The notes under the pieces: generated by a model
What the model was told of the DNA's origin: nothing
Seen by the model: the letters and a program-made list of their open reading frames with translations, nothing else
The model's database searches: none
Assembly (NCBI GenBank): GCA_052327205.1
Contig: CM126215.1
Span: forward strand, 79,422,001-79,486,000
Length of the DNA: 64,000 nucleotides
Reading direction: 5' to 3'
Source of the DNA: Somniosus microcephalus
Taxonomy: Eukaryota
In this document: piece by piece, positions 52,326-64,000 of the stretch
Layout: each line of letters begins with the position of its first letter
Numbering within the stretch: position 1 is the stretch's first letter
Made by a program: the position numbers and the translations under genes

Positions 52326-53158
52326 GGCCTCGATTTTAACTGACCCATGGAGTCGGGATTGGAGGAGTGCGGGGGTTTAAAGTCCCGAATTCGGGGGTCC
52401 CGACACCATCCCGCCCCCAACCCGCCTCCATGTAAGTTTCAAAGGAGGCCCCACACTGGGACCCGCCTACCCGAGGCGGGAAGGGATTAGTGACAATTAA
52501 CTGCCTGTTAACAGGTAGTTAACAGGCAGTTTTTAGCCTAATCCCGATTTTAAAGCTTGAACTGTGGGATTCCCGATGGCTCCAAACCACGCCAGGTTAG
52601 AGGAGTTGGGCCGTTGGGTTGAAGGACTGGGAGGGGTCGAGATGTTGGTGTTCAAGTGAGTGATGGGTGCATGAGTGCAAAGGTAAGTGTGTTTTGTGTG
52701 TCTAAAGTGTGTAAAGAAGTTTAAATTACCTGTACTTACCTTTTAAGCCTTCCTTCCTCTAGGTTTCGGGAGTCCATCATTCAGCCGGCACAGAAAGCAG
52801 AATGGCCGCGAGCTGTCAAAAGTGACAGCCTGCAGCTTTCAGTGCTGGAGAGATTTCTAACTGAGTCTGTGTAGAAGGACTCAGGTTAGAAGTAAGACTG
52901 TCAGTGTTTGACAGCTTCAAACAGCTGTGAAACACTGATATTTCATCTGTCAAAACGTCTTGACAGATGAAATTTCAGTCTGTGACATCACCTGTTGCCG
53001 GGTGGCCCTTAATTGGCCTGCTGAGCCCGCTGGGCGGGCTCAACAAGGTCAATCAAGTTAAAATCGCATGGATTGGCCGCATCTCGATGGAGGCAGGACT
53101 ACAACCCCGAAAGTTATAGTCCCGCCTCCTTCCCGACTTCTGAGTGAAAATCACCCTC
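52326..53158. mobile_element. Harbinger MITE, inverted relative of 38560-39400
   Basis: TSD AAC; ends ggcctcgatttt / aaaatcaccctc; collinear reverse-complement similarity throughout. Confidence 0.88.
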
Positions 53159-53332
53159 AACGTTTCAGGTCAATGACCTTTCATGTGGGATCATGGTTTT
53201 CTTTGCTGCTGTTGAAAGTTTATCAAATACCTTAGTAACCTCAATAATGACTGTCTCCACATCATGAGAGGACAAAATGTATTATTTTTAAGTTTTAAAA
53301 AATACTGCTCAGTTTACATTTTAAAGAAAAAA

Positions 53333-53765
53333 GACTTGCATTTATATAGCGCCTTTCACGACCACTGGACGTCCCAAAGCGCCTTACAGCCAACGAAGTA
53401 CTTTCTGAAGTGTAGTCACTGTTGTAATGTAGGAAACGCGGCAGCCAATTTGTGCACAGCAAGCTCCCACAAACAGTAATGTGATAATGACCAGATCATC
53501 TGTTTCAGTGATGTTGATTGAAGGATATTTATTGGCCAGGACACCGGGGATATCTCCCCTGCTCTCCTTCGAAATAGTGCCATGGGATCTTTTACGTCTA
53601 CCTGAAAGAGCAGACGGAGCCTCGGTTTAACATCTTATCTGAAAGTCGCCACTTCCGACAGTGCAGCACTCCCTTGTTTTTTGTATTCAAGTCTCTGGAG
53701 TAGGACTTGAACCCACAACCTTCTGACTCAGAGGCGAGAGTGCTACCCACCAATCCATGGCTGAC
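53333..53765 (-). mobile_element. tRNA-derived DeuSINE (SacSINE1-like)
   Basis: Reverse-complement similarity to 63548-64000 with a short internal deletion. Confidence 0.88.
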
Positions 53766-54759
53766 ACCAAAAAGACTGTTCTTAAGTGGGGCAAATATAT
53801 CCACACAAGGGGTTTAGGTAAGAGTTAGACAGCTTCAGGTATGATCCAAGTTTGATTAAAATGTATTGGGAGTCAGGCCCTTCTAAAAATAACTAGTGTT
53901 TTGCAAGTTATGGAAAAAATAAGAGTAATACAGAAGGGGCCAATTCATCCATCTCTCAACTAAGGCAGCAGGTTTATTAAGAAAATACAAGTTCTGTAAT
54001 CCACTGTACTTTCAGGATAATAAGGTTACACGCGCATTATTATTATTTTAGCAGGTTTGGAACAGAAAGACTAAATGTAATTCACAGTAATTTAAATTGC
54101 ATTTAGTTCAGATCCAAGTGAATAGCGCCAGCAAAGCTTTTTATCGCTTTCTCAGTCTTTATTTTCCTTATTCCTTCTAACACTCGGTTGATTTTTGATA
54201 GCAGCGGACAGCACATTGCACAACACACTCTGCCCATATTCCCTTTGTCTCTCTGCCTCACTTCCGTTCGGAATCTGGTTCTCTGTCCCTTTCCCTGTTA
54301 TTTTCCCTTCGGTTTTGTTTCATGGCTTCTGCATGACTCTTTGTTCTGTTTCTCTCCGTTCTCCCCTCACTATACATTTATGTTGATCGATCTCCGATCC
54401 CTTTCTCTCATTTTCTCAAGGTTTGTGCAGCCCACATTTCCACCCAACCTTTGACGTCAAGATCCAGCCCATTCTCCTCCACTAGTGCTGTGTAATTGGA
54501 GCCCTCCCTATCTACCAGCTTCAGGGCGGATCCATGATTCAAACCATTGCTCTCCAGCCTATTGCCTGAATGCTTGTGTTCCCAGTCCAGCTAAGCGGCT
54601 GTTGGAATGAACGGAAGAGCTGAGGGGTGGAGAGAGGGTGTGAGGAGCCCTGACTATACACCTGGCTATAACCTCGGCGTAAATCTAGCCCTCACCTGGA
54701 TATCAGACTATCACTTACTACAGAGACACTGGTGCTGAGCACCACCTGCTTTGAACTCC

Positions 54760-54950
54760 CGCGATTTCTCTTTCTACACCGCCTCTAGGAACGGCGCACA
54801 CCATGGAGGCGCTCAAGGGTCAAGGCTGAAGCCGGGATCTTCAGCGATTTAGGATTAGAAGCAAAGAGCACTTGTGAGAGAGACCGAGCTGTAACCTGAT
54901 TATAAACAGAGGCGTTGTTTAAGCAATTGAAAAGCAAACCTTCGGCAAAA
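54760..54950 (+). promoter_or_regulatory. Candidate host promoter
   Basis: Local CpG enrichment in non-repetitive DNA; TATAAA at 54901, 50 bp before the ATG. Confidence 0.45.
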
Positions 54951-54990
54951 ATGAACTACCTTCCGATTCACTTGATCGTACTGTTTTTGG
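54951..54990 (+). CDS. Candidate first coding exon (signal peptide MNYLPIHLIVLFL-G) of an unidentified secreted or membrane protein
   Basis: caaaaATGa start context, hydrophobic 13 codons, consensus phase-1 donor G|GTGAGT. No downstream exon identified in the window. Confidence 0.55.
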
Positions 54991-56429
54991 GTGAGTTTAA
55001 AAAAAAAAATTCTTTAGCTCTATGATGTGTTTTTAATTGTTCGTAACTGTAATAACAGTAGTGTGTTTGCATGAAAAAGTACATGTCTGCAGGTTTGTAG
55101 CTTTCGGTTGACTATGATTTTTGGATTGTAAATGAAAGTATTCAGTGTTAGCCAAACAAATCCTTTGATGTACTTGTGACATGATCGAAGCCCTGAATTG
55201 TACAAATCTCTGCTTTAAATCACGTTAGAAATTCAGAGAAGCTCATGAATGCAGTTTCTATCTGGTAGAAATGGTGGATGTATTTTAAAAGTACAAAGAG
55301 ATACCCAGCATTTTGTCAATATCAGTTCACAGTTGTGCATTATTTTTTTTAGTATAAATTAACATTTTTGGGGGGACTGAAAATAACAATGAAGTCCACA
55401 AATAGATCTCGCTCTCTTCGCCCAACATTGCCTTTTCCTTTTTGTTCAATGACAGTCTAGCTCTAGTATAACCCAGTGAGGTTCATGGTCAATCAATTAC
55501 TGTTGAGTTTCAGCACTGAAAGCCCATGTTTGTTTACATGGCCAATCTGGATTGACTTGATCAATTTTGAGTCCAAATTGGCCACATGCCCTTTGCAGCA
55601 GAAAATTATTGAATTATGATCACTGTTCCAAGGGCTTTAGATTTCAGTGCTGATGTACAACTTGTGATAACGCCACAGGCATAAGGTTATTTGAATATCA
55701 CTCCGTGTACAATATTAGAATTGAGGGAATAGCAGAGTAATTCCAATCAATGGCATCTGGCCATTTATATACTTTGATCAGAATTTAGTTCATATATATT
55801 GAATTATGTACAGCTCAGTATATAAGGATCTATTTGAATTTGTTAGAAATTATATTGTTTCTTTGTCATGTTTGCTTTTTGATTTAACTCTCTGAATTTT
55901 GATCAGAGTGCACTCCTAGCTCAAATTAATATGTGTAAAAGCATTAAATTGAGTTGCCTGTCAAGGTCCAATATTTCTGGAAGTGTAAAATGCACCTCAT
56001 TCAGAATGTTAATTTAAAAAATATATATATTTCCACTCAGTGAGAAACGTCTATTGGGGAATGGAACACTTTTCTATTTTGGGCACCCAGCAGTCACACT
56101 AAGCATTCCTGTGTCAGGCACATCGTGGACTAGATGCAGAAGTACGCCTCGCTCCAACCATATGTCTTAACACCAATCTCAGAAAAGCAAGACCTACTTT
56201 AGCAATGTGAGTTTTTTATATCCCACAGCACTCCCAGCTCTGAATTAAATTATTAACTGGTATGAGCATATGGGGGGAAAAAAAGAACAAAATAAATGTA
56301 AAATCTGCCCCATTCAGTCGTGGTACAACCATGTACATCCAGCCCCATCAATGCTATCTCCGGGAAGAGGTTAAAAAAAAGAGGGAAAATGAACCTGTGA
56401 CCAATTCAGGATAAACTCTGGGAAATTCC

Positions 56430-57060
56430 TCTTTAACTCCCTAAAGCAATTCAGGGAGACCATGGTAGCCCATGCACATCATAATCACAATTAACTAGTA
56501 ACATATACACCCTAGAACTGGAAATCTATTCGCGCAGAAATTGTGAAGTTCCCAGTTAAAGAACTGTAACGACTCTTTACTGCATGTCTCAGTGTTTCAT
56601 TCCAGAGAGTAATGACTCTCCTAACTCTTTATCTATGGATGTTATAGGCATGAGTCTTGTCCTACATTTCCATTCCATTTTAAATAACCTATCCATCTGG
56701 ACTGTAACCAATTCCTTCACCATTTTAAAGACCTCTATCATATCCTCTCCAAGTCTGTGTTTCTCCAAAGTAAGTAACCCTAATTCTTGGAGCCTGTTTT
56801 CTTAACTAAATGTTCAAAGGGTGAGTAACATTCTGATCACCCTCCTCTGCATCTTCTCCAGAGCTGCACTCTCCTTCACCACACGTAGGGACCAAAACTG
56901 GACACAATACTTCATAACAGAACCTTATATAACCCAAGTATAGTACCCCTTTTATTTTGTATGCTGTGGTCCTAGCAATACAATCTAAACCCTATTTGCT
57001 TTCCCAACTGATTTAAACAAGTTTAGTGAGCATTTATCATGCAAACCCTTTACATCCAGT
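56430..57060 (-). mobile_element. Old CR1 fragment
   Basis: Minus strand reads agtattgtgtccagttttggtc (YCVQFW) plus decayed downstream motifs. Confidence 0.65.
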
Positions 57061-58174
57061 AATGGAAGAACTGTCAGCAGGTAAGGACATCATTCAAAGC
57101 TGAACATGAACTGAGAGCAGGAATTATGAACTGAAATAGTATGAACTGTCCCTTTTAGCACAGCTGGTGACACACATGCCCAGTTGAATAGGCACAATGC
57201 CATATTTACTGTTCCATCATAAAAACTGCCAATCCATAAGGGCAAAATGTCCATTTGACATGAATACATGATGCTGTGTTTGCTGACTTCTGAGTGCACT
57301 CCTGTGCAGAGGGACTGGCCCTCTGCATGTATGCATTATCATTTACATTATTATTTCATTAATTTCTACCTTGTTGAGAGGAGATTCAATTCTTTACAGA
57401 TTACAGATTTTAATGGAGCATGAGTGCACATCCATTTCTGGTGGTCTTGTGGTGGGTGTGAGGCTGACCAATATCTGTCTTCGGGAGGAGGGCTGTGAGC
57501 AGGATTTTCTGCTAATCAGTAGATGGATATGAATTTGATCCCTATCAGCCTAGTGTTCCCAATCTAGAGACAGGCTGGCTTTGGGCTATTCATTGCATAA
57601 TCTGAATGATTCTGAAGACCTACCTACAAAAGCCTTTGCAACAGTATTTTGTGCTTTCAGATATTTAAGTACATATAAAATCACAGGAAGAAATGTTTTT
57701 GATTTCATGTTTTAATATAATTGATTTTGTATTATTATTCAATTGCATTGTTCTATATTAAGAAAGGGTTATTATATAGAACCTTTCACATTCCCAGGGT
57801 GTTCCAAAATGCTTCACAGTCAATGACGTACATTTGACATGCAGTCACTTGCTATGCAGGATATTTGGAAATTTACAGATGCTTATATCTACAAGTGAAA
57901 ACTTAATGAAAATTGCAAAGAGAATTTCAGAGGCTTGGTTAAAGTTAAATAAACAATGATAAATCTGAGAGCCTGTGCTTGTGTGACACTGGCACAGAGC
58001 CTTCATTTAAAGCTGTAGCAATTCTATCCGCCTCATGACTTGAGCTCTATAATATTGTAAACAACTTCCAAGTTATATTACAGGTATTCAGTAAACAGAT
58101 CAACAGCCTAGATGTTCCCCCCCCTTTACTGTTCTTTTTAGTATGGTATTATGGACGGGAGAGGGAAATTGGGG

Positions 58175-58263
58175 AATTCTGTCACCTCCCCACGTGCCAC
58201 TTGTGGGATTTTCCTGCAGAATTGGAAAATCCCAGAAGTGGCACGTGGGGAGGTGACAGAATT
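58175..58263. repeat. 40-bp-arm hairpin (1 mismatch, 9-nt loop)
   Basis: 58175-58214 is the reverse complement of 58224-58263 except one G/C position. Confidence 0.95.
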
Positions 58264-59092
58264 TAGGTGGGTGTAAACAAATCAGATGTTAACGAAGAAA
58301 ATCTATCATCTGATGCATTTCTTTCATTGCGCCTAAGCAACTATTATATTCCGGGTGCTATGGAGGCGGGTAATTAAAAATTTTAAAGTAGGGCTATTCA
58401 TTGCACTTGACTAGTGTACAAAAGTTAAAATGTTTTAAAAATTGTTTGCCTTCTTCAGTTACCCAGAGGGAGTTGGCCATGGAAGTTTTGTCAAGGCTGC
58501 AGTTACAACATGTCACTCTCCCCCACTCCCAGGCAGATTCCCAGGTTCAGCCAGAAATCCCACCAGGAACCCACCCAACAGTATTTAAATTGGTTGACCC
58601 AGGATAATCTACCCTGGTCAGCGGCAGGGGCCGCAGGCAAGCGCAAAGCCCACCCTGCCACAGTTCTAGCCGGATTATTGCCAGAGAAGAAAATCTAGCC
58701 CTATAGGTCAAGTAAATTGTGTTTTTGATGAAACCCTGACAATAACAGAGAGAAAGGGCTCTGCAGGTGAACTTCTGTTTGCTGTATAAGGTGACAACCT
58801 TCCACCCTCCCCTCGCACCTTCCAGATGAAAGACCTGAATAACATCTATCTATGGCCCATGTATAAGACACAGGTCAATATTACAATAGTATGGCATTTT
58901 TGCAGCTTTCAATGACTGAAGTAGCCCTAATTTCCAACTGCAGCTAATTCTCACTTCCTGTGGTTTTAGGAAACCACCACATCAGTCACAATGGCTCCTT
59001 GGAATGTGGGAAATTTGAAATTTGCAAGCTGACTGTTTCACGCACTTTGCAAAAGCAATTGGGGTGAAGAGAAGGGAGTACAAGACCAAGTG

Positions 59093-62000
59093 GGGCTCGA
59101 TTTTAATAGCTCTGAGGAGGCGGGTCCGTAGCGAAAATTGGAAAAAATGGCTCCAGACATCCAACCCGCCTCCATCTGCCCCCCGCCACCCCAATTTTTG
59201 TGAGTGTCTGTTTAGCTGCTCCCAAACTGACCCGACTGGAACCAGTGGGACAGGTAGTTAAGGCAGTTAAGAGCCTGTTAACTGCCTTGCTAATCCTATT
59301 TTGATAGTGGGTTCCCATTTTCGTGCTTCTGGCTCCTGTTTCCCAACTTGTCAGAAACGGGCCAGCTTCAAGGAGACGAGTTGCTGGAGGACATGATTTG
59401 TATTCATTGGTGGAGCGTTTTAAAAGCACCCCTGAAACATGGCTGACAATCAAATGCAACAACTTTGCTGTTGTAGGTTTGGGATAAGATTTTGCACATC
59501 TACTGAGCTTGTGACTGTTCAAGTTGACACCCATCTGCAGTGTGACCTGAATGGAATCATTTCAGGCCACTTCCACTGTGCGCTTGCAAGCTTGTTGCCT
59601 CAAATGAAATCTATAGCAAGGGGATGGGAAAAATTTATGTCCTCTCATCCTGGTCCTCATAATCGGAGGAGCAGCAGCCGCATGGCTCAGCGCAGCTCTT
59701 CCTGGGAAGAGGAGGAGGACGAGGGGCGCCTTGCGTGCCCTGTTGTGACCAATGCAGTATCCCTCCAGTTCACTGCTGCCCGTCAAGCAGGGTATGCACA
59801 CTGCCATGCCACATTAGCATAAGCTTACTCTTCAACCATAGGTGGCTACCATATGGCTCTTTAATTGCAGGCAACATTTGTCCAACGTTATACATTATCT
59901 CTGCTATACCCTGTTATATCTCTGCTATAACCTGTTATTTCCTATCACTTTCACCATCAGCATTAGAAAAGCAATTTGCCCTGAGCCCTCAATGTGCTTT
60001 TGCCATTTCCCAGAACGCATAGGCCACACAATCAACTGTTTGCCATAATTTTTCTTTTACACATGACAAAAGGATAATAAACCAACAACAGTCAGAAAAA
60101 AAGACAAAACACCCAAGTGAGTCCCCTTGTGACTATAGGTGTTTAATCTTTCTCTTACACGTGCTTCTACGTGATGCTTCCCCTGTGGCTTCAGCAGATG
60201 TAGAGGCACCTTGCTGACTAGGATGCTGCGCCTGCTTAGATGCCTTTGGCGGGCGTCCTCTGGGTTTGGGAGCCTGGGAGGGCTCTTCAACAGTCTGCTC
60301 TTCCTGCGGCTGTGCAGGGACTGAAACGGCCATCTCCGTTGTCTCCGCAAAGTGGGTTTCTGACCGAGGGTCCACAGTGGCATGATCGTGTGAGCGTTTT
60401 GAGAGGAGCCCACATTTCCTTGTGTCCTGCCAACAACATCCCTCTCGTGGGTCAGCCGCACCTCAGTGCTGGCAAGTGGCTGGAGAGCACCTTGCTGCAC
60501 ATCAGGGGGACCATGAGGAGGACTGCCAGTGCAGATACGGGTCATCACAAGGACGTCCACAAAGCTCTGGTCTCTCTGCTCAATAGCTGCCCATCGCTCC
60601 TCCAGAGATAACATTCTATTTTTAACAGTCACCATGTTTTCCTGATGCTGGTGACTTATTTCCTCCATGGCGGTAGCCAGCCTTTCCATGGAGGTACGTT
60701 CTTGCGCCTTTGCCTCCGCCACGGCAGTGCTGATGTTACAGATGGACTCCTCCATTCTATCCACACTCGCACTAACCTGGAGGCAAACCCTTCCAGAGAC
60801 TCCTGCACTTGTTCCTGTATTTCCCGAGATGCTCTTTTTCTGGATTACCCCAGAGGCACAGCATCTGCATGCAGCTCAGCAGAGCTAGGAGATTGCTGCG
60901 ACCTCTGCCGAGGACTCTCCACTGCTGTCGCTGTCTCCACCATCTGCTGATGCTTGTGCGCTGCAATAGACCAGGTGGCAACACTATTCTAACTCGCGAT
61001 GGCCCCACCGAGGTGTGTGTTGCTGCGCTGGTGCTGGGAGCACTGAGTCCTGGTGATGCTGCTCCCTCAGAGGCTTCAGGAACCTCTGAGGAGTTGTCCG
61101 GCTCTTTGTCCTGGATCGTGAGGAGGGGGGTGCTCGATGGTCCTGTGGGAGAGTAAAGGCATGATTTAGACATCTGATATTGATGTAGCAGACGCATCCT
61201 TTTGAGCAGATGATACAACGTGATTCTCTATGTACATCATATGCCATTGCTTTCTGAGAGGGATGAAACTCTATTATGTCACCAGCTTCCTCTAGTGTGG
61301 CCGTCTCTCCATCGCCCACTTCCAGGTCCTTGCCACCTCTAACAATCTCGTTTGCAGCCTCCTCTGCACTGGTCAGTGTGGCTAGGGTAGGTGTTCCTCC
61401 TCCAGTCATTGCTCTCTCCCCCTTATTGTGGGCTATCTTTTCCTGCAAGGAAGGACACAAGCGGTGTTTCAACTACAGTGATGGAGTGAGTGTGAATAAT
61501 CTCTGCTATAGAAGCTTTGAGGGAGACGAAGATGGGGTAAGGTGCCAAGAGGAAGGTAGCTCCCTGTGCGTTGCTAGTTGTTGTCACTGCATGACAGTGA
61601 GAGTGAGTCTAAGGGGTGCATAGGCAGGATGCTGAGGTGATTCAGTGCAGAGACAGAGATGGCTAGGTAAGGGTGCAAGGGAAGTAAGAGTAAGGTGGGA
61701 TGTGAAGGAGGAGGCTTACAACACAGAGTGCTGGTGATGAGAAGAGAATGGAAGCAGATTGAAGGTAAGTGTGATGGGATACTCACTTTTGATCGCACAA
61801 GATCATTAACCCTTTTTCGGTACTGGATCCATGACCGTGCATAAATGCACCTTGCGTTCACCTCCTGAGCAATGCACAGCCAGACTGCCTTGGTCTGCTG
61901 AGGAGGCTTCCTCTGGCCATCAGGAGGGAAGAGAATCTCCCTGCGCCCTCTGACAGCATCCACAAGAGCATGGAGGGAGTCATCATTAAATCAAGGAGCT

Positions 62001-62261
62001 GCCCTGCCTTTGGAAGAAGCCATTGTGGATGGATCAAGCTCACTGAGTATCAGAATCCGCAAGAGAAAGGCTTAGGCTGAATGGCAGTTTTTAAAGCAGC
62101 TGCTTTGATGGTGTTATCAGAGGCGGCCAGCCGACCCGATCGCACTCATTGGACCGGCCAGCGCACCCCACTGAAATCAACAAGCTCATTAAATCAAAAT
62201 CTGACATCAGCAGCTGATCCCGCCCACCAGGCAACCCGCCTCAGAAATAAAACTCGAGCCC
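59093..62261 (-). mobile_element. Non-autonomous Harbinger carrying a three-exon Myb pseudogene
   Basis: TIR GGGCTCGA(T/G)TTT with flanks GTG/TTG; exons 62023-61787 (one TGA), 61442-61283 and 61142 to about 60133 (frameshifts); protein closely resembles that of 42806-45352. Confidence 0.85.
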
Positions 62262-63547
62262 TTGAAGCCTGAGGGGAATGGGAGACTGGCACTGAAAGGA
62301 TGGTAGTGGGAGACACACTGGAGAATGGAGACTGGGAGACTAGTTCTGAAGAGTCAAGAACAAAAAGGAGAGCAGGTCTAGACTAGGAGCAGATGAGTGC
62401 AGCGCCCCAGAGTGAGCTATGTATCGTCCATGGCAATGAGTGACTGATGAGAACCCAACCCCCCCACTTTCAACTCACAAACAGTGACTTTAAGTTCTTC
62501 TCTTGTTTGTATGTATGTATGTATATAGGTACAAAAAACACAAGCATTCGATTTAGATACTTTGATTGCAATCCCATATTTCCACAATATGTTGATCTGA
62601 AAAAAGTAAAATTCAGATGTAAATAAAATTTTCTTTGGCAATTTTTAGAATGCAAAAAAAGAAAACGTAAAGCAATAATGACATTTCACAAAGATGTGAG
62701 ATGGGTCTGTGATTGCCAGCTATTCCTGGAACAGGGTGTGATGTTAAGATTAGATTTCCCTGCACAATCTTGTTATACTGGCTGCACAGCAACTATAGTG
62801 AGATAGGCATCTGCTACTGTTTCATCGATTTTGCTTTTGTTGTTCTTCAAATAAGGAAGCTTGTAAGAAACTCAAACTATCCAACCAGCCTTCGAACAGC
62901 AGTCCATCTAAAGCATGATTAACACTAGTGAGCTAGAATTTTAACATGTTGTTGCGTTTCAGAAAAGCATCCCCTACTGGACAGTGCAAATTTATTAATT
63001 TCTCAGAGCACCTATATTTGTGGCTTCTTTGAGTGAGATTGCCAATTTGGGTCTGTTTATGGGTAGTTATGTGATGTTGACATGCCAATGAGCAGCTGGG
63101 ATGATATTGCCCCAACCTATAGCTGACAGAGTGAGGAGACGTTCATCTTATTATTCTAGACTGGATTTGAACTCTGGGTTGTGCCAGTTACCTCTCCATC
63201 CAGTTGCACTTTAAAGGATTTATGCAGGCATGTGTAGCATGCATGCACGTGCGCACTTGAAAAAGTTACAAAAGCTAACTACTGATAAATTAGCGGAGAG
63301 CTGCCCACTGTTAGAACGCATAATAACTAGAGCAGCTCCTTTAACCCTCGCTCAGTGGTTCAGTTATACTGAGCCTGGATTATGGCGCTGAGCCTCAATG
63401 TAAGCAAATAAATAGAGTTGGCACTATATCCTCTTTTCAACATGAGTATCGGGAGCTATCGCCAGGGTTTGGCAGGGAATGATCTGCAACCTGCAGACCT
63501 TGGCCTAATTTGCTTTATAGTTCTATGGCGATGGTACTGTTGGTGAG

Positions 63548-64000
63548 GGTAAGCTGTAGCTCAGTGGGTAGCACACTCGCCTCTGAGTCAGAAGGTTGTG
63601 AGTTCAAGTTCCACTCCAAGGACTTGAGCACATAAAGCTAGGCTGACACTCCAGTGCAGTGCTGAGGGAGTGCTGCACTGTCAGAGGTGCCGTCTTTCGG
63701 ATGAAACATTAAACCGAAGCCCCGTCTGCTTTCTCAGGTGGACGTAAAAGATCCCATTGCACTATTTTGAAGAGGAGCAGGGGAGTTATCTCCAGTGTCC
63801 TGGCCAATATTTATCCCTCAATCAACATAACAAAAAACAGATCATCTGGTCATTATCACATTTCTGTTTGTGGGAGCTTGCTGTGCGCAAATTGGCTGCT
63901 GCGTTTCCCACATTACAACAGTGACTACACTCCAAAAGTACTTTCATTGGCTGTAAAGTGCTTTGAGATGTCCGGTGGTTGTGAAAAGCGCTATATAAAT
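63548..64000 (+). mobile_element. tRNA-derived DeuSINE (SacSINE1-like), near full length
   Basis: A box tagctcagtgg, B box gttcaagttc, central gtcttt.ggatga..cattaaaccga..gtaaaagatccc domain, tail aaagcgctatataaat. Confidence 0.88.

Noticed and set aside
1-64000. CRISPR array or prokaryotic operon
   Set aside because: No regularly spaced repeat-spacer array; all content is eukaryotic repeats with spliceosomal introns.

Overview
Repeat-dense vertebrate genomic DNA, most likely a cartilaginous fish (shark). The basis is an HE1-like V-SINE, SacSINE1-like DeuSINEs and abundant CR1 LINEs. Most of the window is nested transposable elements: two near-complete Gypsy LTR retrotransposons, CR1, RTE, Rex1/Babar, Vingi-like, L2 and Tx1-like LINE fragments, and many PIF/Harbinger elements and MITEs with 3-bp TSDs. 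The only plausible host gene signal is a TATA-preceded, signal-peptide-like first exon at 54951-54990 (+). Three observations stand out. (1) One retrotransposed unit at 42619-45676 has a 16-bp TSD and a poly(A) tail and fuses a Tx1-like LINE 3' end to an intronless ferritin fragment; a Harbinger element later split it. (2) A Harbinger element keeps a fully intact three-exon, 453-aa Myb/SANT gene although its transposase is dead, and every transposase in the window is broken. (3) A MITE family carries conserved TGACAG dyads and facing splice donors. All family names come from motif recognition, not database searches.
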